Positions 21,581 through 32,340 of a stretch of DNA of 64,000 bases are shown here, piece after piece; within the stretch, counting starts at the first letter, position 1, and each line of letters opens with the position of its first letter. Source of the stretch: an uncultured Burkholderiales bacterium (GTDB taxonomy: Bacteria; Pseudomonadota; Gammaproteobacteria; Burkholderiales; Burkholderiaceae_C); assembly GCA_903906635.1 (NCBI GenBank), contig CAIVLE010000183.1:3769-67768 (forward strand). The letters run 5' to 3'. Under the pieces are notes generated by a model. The model saw only the letters and a program-made list of their open reading frames with translations, made no database searches and was not told the DNA's origin. The translations under genes were made by a program, and so were the position numbers.

Positions 21581-24500
21581 GTGTCCCTGCACCTCAGCAT
21601 TTTCGAAGGCGGCAACGCCCTCAGCGATTTCCGTATTCAACAACTCTTGCCTCGTCTGTGCGCGATTGCACCTCAGATCAAAGGTTTGAGTGCACGGTTT
21701 GTTCACCTGGCTGCCAGCGAGAAAGCATGGGATAGCAAGCAGCAGCAATTCCTCACGGCCTTGCTGACCTACGGTGAACCCGCACACCCCGAGCAAGACG
21801 GTGTCTCGCTGATCGTCACCCCCCGTTTTGGCACGGTCTCGCCCTGGGCGTCCAAAGCCACGGACATCGCGCACAACTGCGGCTTAGAGTTAAAGCGCAT
21901 CGAGCGCATCACCGAATTTCGCATCCAACTCAATGACGGCTTGCTCAGCAAAGCCCGACTGACCCCTGAGCAACTGGCTCAGGTGGCCGATGTGTTGCAC
22001 GACCGCATGACCGAGTCGGTCATGCGCTCCCGCGAAGAAGCGATGGGGTTGTTCACCGAACTCCAACCCGCTGCCATGGAACAAGTCGATGTGCTGTCCG
22101 GTGGGCGCGCAGCGCTAGAGGACGCCAACACGCGCTGGGGCCTGGCTCTGGCCGATGACGAGATGGCGTATTTGGTGACGTCTTTTGAGCAGCTCCAGCG
22201 CAACCCCACCGATGTGGAGTTGATGATGTTTGCCCAAGCTAACAGCGAACACTGTCGACACAAAATCTTCAATGCTGACTTCACCATCGACGGCGTCACC
22301 CAGCCGCACAGCCTCTTTGGCATGATTCGACACACCCACAAAACCCACCCGCAATACACCGTGGTGGCTTACTCAGACAACGCCTCCATCATGGAGGGCC
22401 ATGCTGTGGAACGCTTTGTGGCCACGAACAACGGCATCGATTTGCCCCGTTATCACAAAGTTGACGCGACCCACCATGTGTTGATGAAGGTCGAAACGCA
22501 CAACCACCCAACGGCCATCTCGCCCTACCCGGGAGCCTCCACAGGCAACGGAGGCGAAATTCGAGACGAAGGAGCCACTGGACGCGGCTCTAAGCCCAAA
22601 GCCGGCATGTCGGGCTTTACGGTCTCTAAGCTGTGGGACAGCCACTTGGGCCGCCCCTCACATATGGCCAGTGCGCTGCAGATCATGACCGAAGGACCAC
22701 TGGGCGGCGCGGCCTTTAACAACGAGTTTGGTCGTCCCAACCTTTTGGGCTACTTTCGCGAATACGAACAAGAGGTGGCAGGCGTGACTCGTGGCTACCA
22801 CAAGCCCATCATGATTGCTGGCGGTTTGGGGGTGATCGACAGCACACAAACCCACAAGATCGAATTTCCTGCGGGCACCTTGTTGATTCAGTTAGGTGGC
22901 CCCGGCATGCGCATTGGCATGGGCGGAGGCGCCGCCAGTTCTATGGCGAGCGGCACCAACGCGGCGCAACTGGACTTTGATTCTGTGCAACGCGGCAACC
23001 CCGAGATCGAGCGGCGGGCGCAAGAGGTGATCAACCATTGTTGGGCGCAGGGACAAAACAACCCCATCTTGGCTATTCACGACGTGGGGGCAGGGGGCTT
23101 GTCCAACGCATTTCCGGAGTTGACCAACGACGCTGGACGCGGTGCGCGTTTTGATTTGCGTGCGGTGCCCTTGGAAGAATCGGGTTTGGCCCCTAAAGAG
23201 ATTTGGTCCAATGAGAGCCAAGAGCGTTACGTGCTGGCGATTGCGCCCGAGTCTCTGACGCAATTCAAAGCCTTTTGTGAACGTGAGCGCTGTCCTTTCG
23301 CCGTGGTGGGAGTGGCCACCCAAGAACGTCACCTCATCGTGGCCAACGAAGACGCTAAGCTCGCGCCAGAGAATTCTCTGGCGAGCGCCGATCGCGCCGT
23401 GGACATGCCCATGAACGTGTTGTTGGGCAAGCCCCCCAAGATGCTTCGCGACGTGCAACGCGTGCCTCGCGTGAGCCCCGCCATGGATTTGACTGGGGTG
23501 CAACTGCAAGACGCTGTGATCAAAGTCCTGAGCCACCCCACCGTGGCGAGTAAACGCTTTTTGGTCACCATCGGCGACCGAGCCGTGGGGGGACTGACCC
23601 ACCGTGACCAAATGGTGGGGCCCTGGCAAGTGCCGGTGGCTGACTGCGCGGTGACTTTGGCCGACTACCAAGGGTTCAAAGGCGAAGCCATGAGCATGGG
23701 TGAACGCACGCCATTGGCGGCCTTGCAGGGCCCCGCGTCTGGGCGCATGGCCGTGGCTGAGGCCATCACCAATTTGCTGGCGGCCCCCATTGAGCTGCCT
23801 CGCGTCAAGCTCAGTGCCAACTGGATGGCCGCCTGTGGCGAGCCCGGAGAAGACGCTGCGCTCTACGACACGGTGCAAGCCGTGGGGCTGGAACTGTGTC
23901 CAGCCCTGGGCATCTCCATCCCCGTGGGCAAAGACAGTTTGTCCATGCGCACCCAATGGCGAGAAGGCGAGGTTACGAAAAAAGTGACCTCACCTGTGAG
24001 CCTGATCGTCAGCGCGTTTGCGTCCATCGCCGATGTGCGTGGCACGCTCACGCCCCAACTCAACGCCAACGAAGCAGACACCACCCTCGTTTTGGTGGAC
24101 CTTGGCCGAGGGCAGCACCGAATGGCGGGCAGCATCTTGGGCCAAGTGCTGGGTCAAGCGGGCGACGCGGTGCCCGATCTGGACCACGCCCAAGACCTGG
24201 TGCAACTGGTCAGCGCGGTCAACGCGTTGCGCGCACAAGGAAAAATTTTGGCCTACCACGACCGCAGTGACGGCGGCTTGATGGCCTGCGCCTGTGAAAT
24301 GGCCTTTGCGGGCCAAGTTGGCGTGGCGTTGAATGTGGATATGCTGATCACCCAGGGCGACGGCATCTCCGACAGCCGCGCAGAATACGGCGACACCAAA
24401 AATTGGACCGCTCAGGTCAGCGCACGGCGCGAAGAGTTGACGCTCAAGGCGCTGTTCAACGAGGAGCTGGGCGTGCTGCTGCAAGTGCGCACGTCCGAGC

Positions 24501-25603
24501 GCAACGAGGTCATGCAAACGCTGCGCGCTCATGGGCTTTCCAAACACAGCCACTTTGTGGGCAAGACGCGGCCCGCCTCGTCGGCCATCTCCAAAGGTCA
24601 AGGCGAGGTCAGTGTCTGGCGCGACGCCAAAGAGGTGTTCAGCGCCAAACTGGCTGACCTGCACCAGGTGTGGGACAGCGTGAGCTGGAAGATTTGCCAG
24701 CAACGCGACAACCCTGACTGTGCCCACGCCGAGCACGCCAGTGTGGGGGATCCGCTCAACCCGGGGATGCATGTGCATCTGCCAGCGGGAGCGTGCGACA
24801 ACGTGGCAGCACCGTTCATCCACAGTGCCAAACCCAAGGTGGCCGTGCTGCGTGAGCAAGGTGTCAACTCGCACGTGGAGATGGCCTATGCCTTCACCGA
24901 GGCGGGGTTTGAGGCCTACGACGTGCATATGACCGACTTGCAAACTGGACGCGCCAAGCTGCAAGACTTCCAAGGCTTGGTGGCGTGTGGTGGCTTCAGT
25001 TACGGAGACACCTTGGGCGCAGGCATTGGGTGGGCACGTTCCATCACCTTCAACCCAGCTTTGTCCGAGCAGTTCCAGCAGTTCTTTGGCCGCAGCGACA
25101 CCTTCGCATTGGGTGTGTGCAATGGCTGCCAAATGTTTGCTGAGTTAGCCGACATCATTCCGGGCACTGCGGCTTGGCCGCGCTTTACCACCAACCAGAG
25201 CGAACGTTTTGAAGCGCGTTTGTCGATGGTGGAGGTGTTGCCATCTCCCAGCGTGTTTTTGCAAGGCTTGGCGGGCGCGCGATTGCCCATTGCGGTGGCC
25301 CATGGTGAGGGCTATGCCAACTTCAGCCAACGCGGAGATGCGGCTCAGGTTTTAGCAGCCATGCGCTTTGTCGATAACTTCGGTTCAGCGACAGAAAGCT
25401 ACCCCTTCAATCCCAATGGCAGCGCAGGCGGCTTGACCGCCGTGACCACTGCCGATGGCCGTTTCACCGCCATGATGCCCCACCCTGAGCGTGTGTTTCG
25501 CAACGTCCAAATGAGCTGGACCGACTTGGCTGTCACGGGGGGCATTGATGCGTTCAGCCCTTGGATGCGCATTTGGCAAAATGCACGCCGTTGGGTGGGT
25601 TGA
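21581..25603 (+). CDS. purL: Phosphoribosylformylglycinamidine synthase (single-chain large PurL)
   Basis: 1340 aa with a GTG start. The N-terminus [18 protein letters not shown] is typical, and the C-terminal glutaminase domain carries a GVCNGCQM nucleophile. Confidence 0.95.
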   Translation: MSLHLSIFEGGNALSDFRIQQLLPRLCAIAPQIKGLSARFVHLAASEKAWDSKQQQFLTALLTYGEPAHPEQDGVSLIVTPRFGTVSPWASKATDIAHNCGLELKRIERITEFRIQLNDGLLSKARLTPEQLAQVADVLHDRMTESVMRSREEAMGLFTELQPAAMEQVDVLSGGRAALEDANTRWGLALADDEMAYLVTSFEQLQRNPTDVELMMFAQANSEHCRHKIFNADFTIDGVTQPHSLFGMIRHTHKTHPQYTVVAYSDNASIMEGHAVERFVATNNGIDLPRYHKVDATHHVLMKVETHNHPTAISPYPGASTGNGGEIRDEGATGRGSKPKAGMSGFTVSKLWDSHLGRPSHMASALQIMTEGPLGGAAFNNEFGRPNLLGYFREYEQEVAGVTRGYHKPIMIAGGLGVIDSTQTHKIEFPAGTLLIQLGGPGMRIGMGGGAASSMASGTNAAQLDFDSVQRGNPEIERRAQEVINHCWAQGQNNPILAIHDVGAGGLSNAFPELTNDAGRGARFDLRAVPLEESGLAPKEIWSNESQERYVLAIAPESLTQFKAFCERERCPFAVVGVATQERHLIVANEDAKLAPENSLASADRAVDMPMNVLLGKPPKMLRDVQRVPRVSPAMDLTGVQLQDAVIKVLSHPTVASKRFLVTIGDRAVGGLTHRDQMVGPWQVPVADCAVTLADYQGFKGEAMSMGERTPLAALQGPASGRMAVAEAITNLLAAPIELPRVKLSANWMAACGEPGEDAALYDTVQAVGLELCPALGISIPVGKDSLSMRTQWREGEVTKKVTSPVSLIVSAFASIADVRGTLTPQLNANEADTTLVLVDLGRGQHRMAGSILGQVLGQAGDAVPDLDHAQDLVQLVSAVNALRAQGKILAYHDRSDGGLMACACEMAFAGQVGVALNVDMLITQGDGISDSRAEYGDTKNWTAQVSARREELTLKALFNEELGVLLQVRTSERNEVMQTLRAHGLSKHSHFVGKTRPASSAISKGQGEVSVWRDAKEVFSAKLADLHQVWDSVSWKICQQRDNPDCAHAEHASVGDPLNPGMHVHLPAGACDNVAAPFIHSAKPKVAVLREQGVNSHVEMAYAFTEAGFEAYDVHMTDLQTGRAKLQDFQGLVACGGFSYGDTLGAGIGWARSITFNPALSEQFQQFFGRSDTFALGVCNGCQMFAELADIIPGTAAWPRFTTNQSERFEARLSMVEVLPSPSVFLQGLAGARLPIAVAHGEGYANFSQRGDAAQVLAAMRFVDNFGSATESYPFNPNGSAGGLTAVTTADGRFTAMMPHPERVFRNVQMSWTDLAVTGGIDAFSPWMRIWQNARRWVG

Positions 25604-25619
25604 TGTTTAAGGGGGTCTT

Positions 25620-26603
25620 ATGATGAAAAAAATCTTCCTATCTCTCATGCTCGTGTGCTGTTCGATGGGCCTCACGACAGCCCAAGCACAAACGCCGGCA
25701 ACTGCTTACCCGTCTAAACCAATTCGGCTCATCGTTCCTTTTCCCCCGGGTGGCGGAACTGACATTTTGTCGCGCTTGGTCGCAACCAAATTGACCGAAC
25801 AGCTCAAGTGGACCGTGATCGCCGATAACCGCGCAGGCGCAGGCGGCACCATTGGCATCACCGAAGCCGTCAAAGCCCCCCCCACAGGCTATGAGTGGGT
25901 GATGGGGCAAAAAGACAACTTGGTGATCGGGCCTTGGCTGTACAAAAATCTGCCCTGGGACCCGACACGAGATTTGGTGGCTGTGGCCCACATTGCATAC
26001 ACCCCGGTCGTGATCGCCACCAGTGCCAACTCCAAATTCAAAACCCTGGCCGATGTGGTGCTCGCTGCGCGTGCCGCTCCTGGCAAGGTCAGTTATGGCT
26101 CTCCGGGGAGTGGCACTTCAATCCACTTGGCGGCTGAATTGTTTGAAAAAGTCGCCAACATTGAGCTCAACCACATCCCCTACAAAGGTTCGAACCCTGC
26201 CATGATGGATGCGCTGGCGGGCAATGTCGATTTGTTGGTGTCTTCGGTGCCCTCGGCCATGGCTCAAATCAAGTCTGGCAAGTTGCGACCACTGGCTGTG
26301 ACCTCCGCCAAGCGAAGCTCCACAATGCCTGATGTCCCCACAGTGGCCGAATCAGGATTCAAAGATTTCGATGTGAGCACTTGGTATGGTTTGCTGGCAC
26401 CCACCGGTACACCCGCACAAGTGGTCAACCTCATCAATGCCGAAGTCAACAAGCTGTTGGCAAGTCAAGAGTTGCGTGAAGCTATCCATGCCCAGGGCGC
26501 GGAGCCTGAGGCGATGACGCCCGGTAAATTTTCTAATTTGCTCAAAACAGATTACGCCAAGTGGAAGAGCATCGTCGAGGCCTCAGGCGCCAAGATCGAA
26601 TGA
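25620..26603 (+). CDS. Bug-family (TctC-like) tripartite tricarboxylate transporter substrate-binding protein
   Basis: Signal peptide followed by the hallmark YPSKPIRLIVPFPPGGGTDILSR. 327 aa. No tctA/tctB gene is adjacent. Confidence 0.85.
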   Translation: MMKKIFLSLMLVCCSMGLTTAQAQTPATAYPSKPIRLIVPFPPGGGTDILSRLVATKLTEQLKWTVIADNRAGAGGTIGITEAVKAPPTGYEWVMGQKDNLVIGPWLYKNLPWDPTRDLVAVAHIAYTPVVIATSANSKFKTLADVVLAARAAPGKVSYGSPGSGTSIHLAAELFEKVANIELNHIPYKGSNPAMMDALAGNVDLLVSSVPSAMAQIKSGKLRPLAVTSAKRSSTMPDVPTVAESGFKDFDVSTWYGLLAPTGTPAQVVNLINAEVNKLLASQELREAIHAQGAEPEAMTPGKFSNLLKTDYAKWKSIVEASGAKIE

Positions 26604-26613
26604 AGATCTTGGC

Positions 26614-28620
26614 TCACCGGGCGCTGGGTCGGGTCTTATAAAAGGTCATGGGTGTCTCGGCCATCTCGCGCACGCGCTGATTGAGCACTGTTTTTTTCAT
26701 GTGGCCCACCACATGCATTTCGCAGGGTTTGCAGTCAAAGCGCAGGGTGAGTTTTTCGCTGCCGTTGATGAGCGTGAGTGGTTCTGCTTTCACCGTCCCC
26801 TGCACGCCAGTCACTCCCTTGGCTTGTTTGGGGCACAGGCTCATGCTGAATCGCACACAGTGCTTGGTGATCATCAAGCTGACGTCCCCCAGTTCCTCGT
26901 GGCTCTCGTACGCTGCGGCCACCATGCGTACGCCATGTTTGGCGTAAAAACCCCTGGCTTTGTCGTTGTAGACATTGGCCAGATAGGTCAGTGTGTCCTC
27001 GGGGTAGCTCACTGGCGGCTCTACAGGGCGGGAGCGGGCAGGGCGTTGATACGCGGACTCTCTCGCATTCTCTAAGCGTTGGATGGCTTCACGGCGCAGC
27101 GCATTGAGCGATGAAGCAGGCACAAACCAAGGCTGACTCAGGGTGATCTGAGTGTGGAGCACCGAAAAGAGGGACCCTCCAAACTTTCCTAAGTGTTCAC
27201 GCAAATTGGCATCGTTACGCACTGCGTCTTTGGTCAGCGCCTTGTCACAGTTCAAGTCTGCTGTGGCACTGTGCCCATCTTCATCGGTCAAGGTGAGGGA
27301 GAAACCGTGCTCGTTGTCAGCAAACGCCAGCCACACACCGATGCGCCGTTCGCTCGATGTCTTGTCCAAGCCCCGAACCCAGTCCATGTCGCGGTTGCGG
27401 TTGAGGGTTGTGCCAGCACGCAAATCTTTAAAGCCCGAGATGGGGTCTTTGGGGAACACCCGCCACACGCCTTTTTTGGCCGTGGCCTCAGCGCGGTTGA
27501 TTGCCACACCGACCAATTCTTTTTGAAGGTCGTAGTAGCACAGGCCATCGCCGTTGTGCAGGACGGCCGCTTTGTCAAACGGTTGTATTTCAATCCATTG
27601 CTTGCCGACTGTGAGGACTTCTCCCAAGGGGATGCCTGGATTTTTGGGAGAGTCAAAAGCCCCAATATCTTCTTGGCGTCCCTGCACAAAGTAGTCGGTG
27701 AATTCGCGGTTGAAGTTCTGGTTCGGGTCGGGTGTGAAAAACAGCGTGGTCTGCCCGCTTGAAGCTCGAGCCAAGGGCGCTCGGGTCGGGTCGGTTGAGT
27801 GCTCACGCGCTTGGAGCAATTCATCGATCAACACCCGGTAATGTGCGGTGATGTTTTTGACATAAGCCATGTCTTTGTAGCGGCCTTCAATTTTGAAGCT
27901 GCGCACGCCAGCATCGATGAGTGCCTCTAAGTTCTCGCTCTGGTTGTTGTCCTTCATGGACAGCACGTGCTTGTCGTGCGCAATGAAGCGACCTTGGCTG
28001 TCGGTCACGTGGTAAGGCAAACGGCAAGCTTGGCTGCAATCGCCTCGGTTGGCGCTACGACCTGTGTGGGCATGGCTGATGTAACACTGGCCGCTATAGG
28101 CCACGCACAAGGCCCCGTGCACAAAGAACTCTAGCTTGCATCGCTGGGGATCTAAGGCTTGATGGATCTCACGGATTTGCGGCAGGGTCAGCTCGCGCGC
28201 CAAGACGATTTGTGAGAAACCCACGTCTTGCAAAAAACGAGCTTTTTCAGGTGTTCGAATATCGGTCTGGGTGCTGGCGTGCAACTGAATCGGCGGCAAG
28301 TCAATTTCTAGCAGTCCCATATCTTGGACGATCAAGACATCGGCTCCCGCGTTGTAGACGTCCCAAGCCATTTGGCGAGCGCCTTCTAATTCATCATCTC
28401 GCAAGATGGTGTTGAGGGTGATGAAGATGCGGCTGTTGAAACGATGCGCTTCACGACACAGCCGTTCAATGTCACGCACAGTGTTGGTGGCGCTGGCACG
28501 TGCACCAAAAGCCGGTGCCCCGATGTACACCGCATCGGCCCCATGATGGATGGCAGCAATGCCGATGTCCACGTCGCGAGCCGGGGCAAGAAGTTCAATT
28601 TGATGAGACAACAAAGACAT
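26614..28620 (-). CDS. rlhA: U32-family protein, 23S rRNA 5-hydroxycytidine synthase RlhA (YdcP)-like
   Basis: About 668 aa and collinear with E. coli YdcP as I recall it (ELLAPARD, HGADAVYIG, SANRGDCSQACRLPY, FKIEGRYKD, ITKHCVRF, FDCKPCEMHV). I prefer ATG 28620, which has GGAG 6 nt upstream. The ORF-track start 28632 is the alternative. Confidence 0.8.
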   Translation of the reverse strand: MSLLSHQIELLAPARDVDIGIAAIHHGADAVYIGAPAFGARASATNTVRDIERLCREAHRFNSRIFITLNTILRDDELEGARQMAWDVYNAGADVLIVQDMGLLEIDLPPIQLHASTQTDIRTPEKARFLQDVGFSQIVLARELTLPQIREIHQALDPQRCKLEFFVHGALCVAYSGQCYISHAHTGRSANRGDCSQACRLPYHVTDSQGRFIAHDKHVLSMKDNNQSENLEALIDAGVRSFKIEGRYKDMAYVKNITAHYRVLIDELLQAREHSTDPTRAPLARASSGQTTLFFTPDPNQNFNREFTDYFVQGRQEDIGAFDSPKNPGIPLGEVLTVGKQWIEIQPFDKAAVLHNGDGLCYYDLQKELVGVAINRAEATAKKGVWRVFPKDPISGFKDLRAGTTLNRNRDMDWVRGLDKTSSERRIGVWLAFADNEHGFSLTLTDEDGHSATADLNCDKALTKDAVRNDANLREHLGKFGGSLFSVLHTQITLSQPWFVPASSLNALRREAIQRLENARESAYQRPARSRPVEPPVSYPEDTLTYLANVYNDKARGFYAKHGVRMVAAAYESHEELGDVSLMITKHCVRFSMSLCPKQAKGVTGVQGTVKAEPLTLINGSEKLTLRFDCKPCEMHVVGHMKKTVLNQRVREMAETPMTFYKTRPSAR

Positions 28621-28633
28621 GGACAGCTCCATT

Positions 28634-28659
28634 AAAAAAAGCGGCCCGAAGGCCGCTTT
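28634..28659 (-). terminator. Rho-independent terminator after the parvulin gene, abutting the rlhA ribosome-binding site
   Basis: The minus strand reads AAAGCGGCC-TTCG-GGCCGCTTT followed by a T run, then AATGGAGCTGTCC-ATG. Confidence 0.6.
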
Positions 28660-28679
28660 GTGGTCAGCAAGAAGAGGAC

Positions 28680-29465
28680 TTAATCAACTTTGGCCTTGGC
28701 ACGCAGGTCTTGTTGGAATGTAGCCATGCGTTGCTGTTGCATTTGTTGCACGATTTGAGGCTTGACCTCGTCGATTTTGGGCAACTGGGCTTCACGCACA
28801 TCGTCCAAACGGATGATGTGATATCCAAATTGACTCTTCACCGCTTTGGCCGTTGTCTCGCCTTTTTTCAGAGCGGCCATGGCATCCGAGAACTCTTTGA
28901 CGAAATTGCCGGGCGCAGCCCAATCCAAGTCGCCACCTTTGGCACCCGACCCTGGGTCTTTGGATTGCTTTTTGGCCAAATCTTCAAACTTGGCACCTTT
29001 TTTCAAGCTGGCCAAAATGGCGTTGGCTTGTGCTTCGGTTTCAACCAAGATGTGGCGTGAGCGGTACTCTTTGCCACCGTTGGCTGCCACAAACTTGTCG
29101 TATTCGGCTTGAACATCGGCATCGGTGACTTCCGCTGTTTTTTGGAATTCTGTGAAAAGTTCACGGATCAAAATGGTTTGGCGTGCCAACTCCAGCTGGG
29201 TTTTGTAGTTATCGGTCGCGTCCAACCCACGTTTTTGCGCTTCTTGCATGAAGATTTCACGGGCAATGACTTCTTCTTTGATCTGGGCTTCGACGTCGGG
29301 GGTGATGGGACGGCCCGAGCGCGCCACTTGCTCGGCCAGGGCCTCGGCGCGTGCTTTAGGAACGGCTTTGCCGTTGACGATGGCAATGTTTTGTGCCGAC
29401 ACCTGAATGCTCAAAGAGGCCAACACAGCGGCTGCCACCATGCTCCAAACCATTTGTTTCTTCAT
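28680..29465 (-). CDS. Periplasmic parvulin-type peptidyl-prolyl cis-trans isomerase
   Basis: Signal peptide (MKKQMVWSMVAAAVLASLSIQVSA). The PpiC/rotamase domain runs YRSRHILV...GGDLDW...FGYHIIRLDD. Confidence 0.85.
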   Translation of the reverse strand: MKKQMVWSMVAAAVLASLSIQVSAQNIAIVNGKAVPKARAEALAEQVARSGRPITPDVEAQIKEEVIAREIFMQEAQKRGLDATDNYKTQLELARQTILIRELFTEFQKTAEVTDADVQAEYDKFVAANGGKEYRSRHILVETEAQANAILASLKKGAKFEDLAKKQSKDPGSGAKGGDLDWAAPGNFVKEFSDAMAALKKGETTAKAVKSQFGYHIIRLDDVREAQLPKIDEVKPQIVQQMQQQRMATFQQDLRAKAKVD

Positions 29466-29746
29466 GAAAAATCTCTCGATGGGGTTTCTACAACTTCGAT
29501 GGCCAAGGCGTGAAGTCCTTGGTCTATGTATATCTGCAGTGCATCATACACAAGGCGATGGCGCGCCACCCTAGACAGGCCTGTGAACTTCGGGCTGGCC
29601 AGGCGGACCCGAAAGTGTGTTCCTTGCCCGGTGTCGTTCGCGCCCACATGGCCCGCGTGCGCTGCGCTCTCGTCAAACACGTCCACAAAGGTCGGTGACA
29701 ACTGCTCTTGCAAGCGAGCTTGCAGTAACTCTGCGGTGATGGGCAT
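29462..29746 (-). CDS. BolA family protein
   Basis: 94 aa, with the stretch THFRVRLASPKFTGLSRVARHRLVYDAL typical of BolA/YrbA. It overlaps both neighbouring genes. Confidence 0.85.
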   Translation of the reverse strand: MPITAELLQARLQEQLSPTFVDVFDESAAHAGHVGANDTGQGTHFRVRLASPKFTGLSRVARHRLVYDALQIYIDQGLHALAIEVVETPSRDFS

Positions 29747-30288
29747 CAGGTTTCATCCTTTTCTTCTTGAATGAAACGGCTCATGTACATGCCCTGTAAC
29801 ACCACAAACACCAGCATGAAGCCCAGGCCTCCAAACAGCTTGAAGCTGACCCAGGTGTCGGTGTCAAAGTTGTCGGCCACCCACAGGTTTAAAAAGCCCA
29901 TGCCAGTGAAAAAAACAGCCCAACTGTGCAACAACACACGCCAAGCGTGGTCGGGCAGGGTGAGCTGAGTGCCCATGAGTTGGCGCAGTAAATTGCGTTT
30001 GAACACCACATGAGCGATCCATAGCGCGCTGCTCATGAGCCAGTACAGCACGGTGGGCTTCCATTTGATGAAGGTTTCGTCTTGGGTGATCAAGGTGGCG
30101 CCACCAAACACGACGATGACACCCAGGCTGACCCACTGCATGGGCTCTACGAACCCATTTTTGCGCCATAGCCAAGCAATTTGCCCGATGGTGGCCACGA
30201 TGGCGACCGCAGTGGCAGCAAAAATGCCAAAGGCTTTGAAAACGACAAAAAACAAAATGATGGGAAAAAAATCGAGGAATATTTTCAT
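29746..30288 (-). CDS. yciB: Intracellular septation protein A (YciB/IspZ)
   Basis: 180 aa with five hydrophobic segments and the characteristic N-terminus MKIFLDFFPIILFFVVFK. Confidence 0.88.
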   Translation of the reverse strand: MKIFLDFFPIILFFVVFKAFGIFAATAVAIVATIGQIAWLWRKNGFVEPMQWVSLGVIVVFGGATLITQDETFIKWKPTVLYWLMSSALWIAHVVFKRNLLRQLMGTQLTLPDHAWRVLLHSWAVFFTGMGFLNLWVADNFDTDTWVSFKLFGGLGFMLVFVVLQGMYMSRFIQEEKDET

Positions 30289-30297
30289 GGTCCAGCC

Positions 30298-30714
30298 TCA
30301 GTCTTTGGGCACAAAGTCAAGAGCGGCCGAGTTCATGCAATATCGCAAACCCGTGGGTTGGGGGCCATCTGGAAACACATGGCCGAGGTGGGCGCCGCAT
30401 TGGGCGCACACGGTTTCAACACGAACCATGCCGTGGCTGATGTCCCGGTGCTCGGCGATGGCCGACGCGTCGGCTGCCTGGCTGAAACTGGGCCAACCGC
30501 AACCGGCATCAAATTTGGTCTGTGAATCAAACAATTTGGCGTCACAACAAATACAGTGATAAGACCCATCTGCCCAATGGCTTTCGTATTTGCCAGTGAA
30601 GGGCCGTTCGGTCGCGGCGTGACGGGTGACGTCAAATGCCACAGGTTCGGCCTGTTTGGCCGCCAAAATCTCACGCCATTGGGCGTCGGTTTTTTTCAAG
30701 GTCATGAGGAGCAA
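30298..30714 (-). CDS. msrB: Peptide-methionine (R)-S-oxide reductase
   Basis: SelR domain with two CxxC pairs (CICC, CAQC) and GHVFPDGP...RYCMNS. Confidence 0.92.
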   Translation of the reverse strand: MLLMTLKKTDAQWREILAAKQAEPVAFDVTRHAATERPFTGKYESHWADGSYHCICCDAKLFDSQTKFDAGCGWPSFSQAADASAIAEHRDISHGMVRVETVCAQCGAHLGHVFPDGPQPTGLRYCMNSAALDFVPKD

Positions 30715-32231
30715 CTGATTTCAATAGATGACGCCCATTCTGGCGCAAGATTGGACCATGCTTGGTGTGCAGGGTGTTCATCAAAGGGCTGCTGGAGCAC
30801 CGTTAGCAACGACTGCACCATGCCAAAGTCACCGGTTTTAGCCTGTTGGATCGCCAATTCACCTAAGTGGTTGCGAAAAATGTATTTGGGATTGGTTTGC
30901 AGCATGCGAAGTCCCACGCTGCGTCGATCAGCCTCACCCAGGCGTGCTTCGTATTGGATACGCCAAGCGTCAAACACCTCGCGGTGAAGAAATAAATCAC
31001 GCACGGGTTCAAAGGCATGTGTTGAATGAGACGACTCATAGACGGCCTGACTCAAGCGACGCCACATCACCGTGAAGTCCACGCGGTCTTGCTGCATAGC
31101 TTGCAAAAGTGTTTCCACCAGTTCGCGGTCGCCGACGTGTGCATCTGTCAACCCAAGCTTGGCACGCATGCGTTGGTCCAAAGCATGGGGAAACAGCGTT
31201 TTGTAGGTCTCAAGTGCTGCAAGAGCAGGCTCTTGGGCGTCAATGAGGGGCATCAATGCCTGACCTAAACAAAACAAGTTCCAGTAAGCAACTTGGGGTT
31301 GGCGAGAATAGGCATAACGCCCAGACGAGTCAGAGTGGTTGCAAATGTGTCCGGGGTCAAAACCATCCATAAACTGAAACGGTCCGTAATCCAAGGTCAA
31401 CCCAAGAACGCTCATGTTGTCGGTATTCATCACGCCGTGACAAAACCCCACCGCCTGCCACTGCGCCATCAATTCAGCGGTACGGCGTGTGACCTCTTGC
31501 AGCAAGGCGGTGTAGCGTGCTGCGTCCTGCAGGTGCTCCAAGCTAGGAAAGTGGGCTTGGACCACGTGGTCGGCGAGCGCCTTGAGTTCTTGGGTTTGTC
31601 CAGTCGAGCCAAAATGTTCAAAATGCCCAAAGCGGATAAAGCTAGCCGCCAAGCGGGTGACCACAGCTGCAGTCTCGCGTTCTTCACGGTATACGGGTGT
31701 GGGTGAACCCGTGACACACAGGGCCCGTGTGGTGGCAATACCCAGTCCATGCATGGCTTCGCTGGCCAAAAACTCACGAATGCTCGATCGCAGCACTGCC
31801 CGTCCATCTCCCCGACGTGAATAGGGGGTGGGCCCAGCCCCTTTGAGTTGAATGTCTTGAACTCCCACAGGTGTGTTGATCTCGCCCAAGCTGATGGCGC
31901 GTCCATCACCCAATTGACCCGCCCACTGGCCAAATTGATGCCCGCTGTACACACTGGCAGATGGATGACTGCCAGGCAGCAGGGCGTTACCGCTGAGGGC
32001 CTCTAGGACCTGTGGTGAATTCCATATGTCTGAGGGCAGCCCCATCTCGCCCGCCAAGCTTGGATTGCGACCTACCCAGTGTGCGGGTGCCAGGGGCGTC
32101 GGTGGGCACACGCTGTGAAAAGCTGATCCCAAGCGCCCAAAACTCGGTTGCCAAGGCCATTGCCATGGGAGTGGGGTTGGCGCAGATTGGACAAGAGTGT
32201 TCATAAGAAGAGATTGTCTGGGGAAATCCAT
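30702..32231 (-). CDS. selO: Protein adenylyltransferase SelO (YdiU)
   Basis: Motifs [21 protein letters not shown] and [20 protein letters not shown]. The start is uncertain. ATG 32231 gives 509 aa and ATG 32204 gives 500 aa, and neither has a clear SD. The 3-prime end overlaps the msrB start by 13 nt. Confidence 0.82.
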   Translation of the reverse strand: MDFPRQSLLMNTLVQSAPTPLPWQWPWQPSFGRLGSAFHSVCPPTPLAPAHWVGRNPSLAGEMGLPSDIWNSPQVLEALSGNALLPGSHPSASVYSGHQFGQWAGQLGDGRAISLGEINTPVGVQDIQLKGAGPTPYSRRGDGRAVLRSSIREFLASEAMHGLGIATTRALCVTGSPTPVYREERETAAVVTRLAASFIRFGHFEHFGSTGQTQELKALADHVVQAHFPSLEHLQDAARYTALLQEVTRRTAELMAQWQAVGFCHGVMNTDNMSVLGLTLDYGPFQFMDGFDPGHICNHSDSSGRYAYSRQPQVAYWNLFCLGQALMPLIDAQEPALAALETYKTLFPHALDQRMRAKLGLTDAHVGDRELVETLLQAMQQDRVDFTVMWRRLSQAVYESSHSTHAFEPVRDLFLHREVFDAWRIQYEARLGEADRRSVGLRMLQTNPKYIFRNHLGELAIQQAKTGDFGMVQSLLTVLQQPFDEHPAHQAWSNLAPEWASSIEISCSS

Positions 32232-32340
32232 AGGCGTGTTTTTATGGGGACATCGTTGATCACCCCCAACTTGTTGGCACAATGGTTTTTGAGAGTGGGC
32301 ACGGCCGTGCCAAAAGAAAAAAACCACACAGGAGTACCCC

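Noticed and set aside
22892-25132. Two long minus-strand ORFs (354 aa and 380 aa) opposite purL
   Set aside because: The purL frame is continuous and motif-rich over the same span. The antisense translations are His/Gly/Arg/Val-rich noise.
26187-26197. GGTTCGAACCC, a tRNA T-arm-like string
   Set aside because: It lies inside the Bug-family CDS, where it encodes YKGSNPAM. There is no flanking acceptor, D or anticodon stem. No tRNA gene is supported anywhere in the window.
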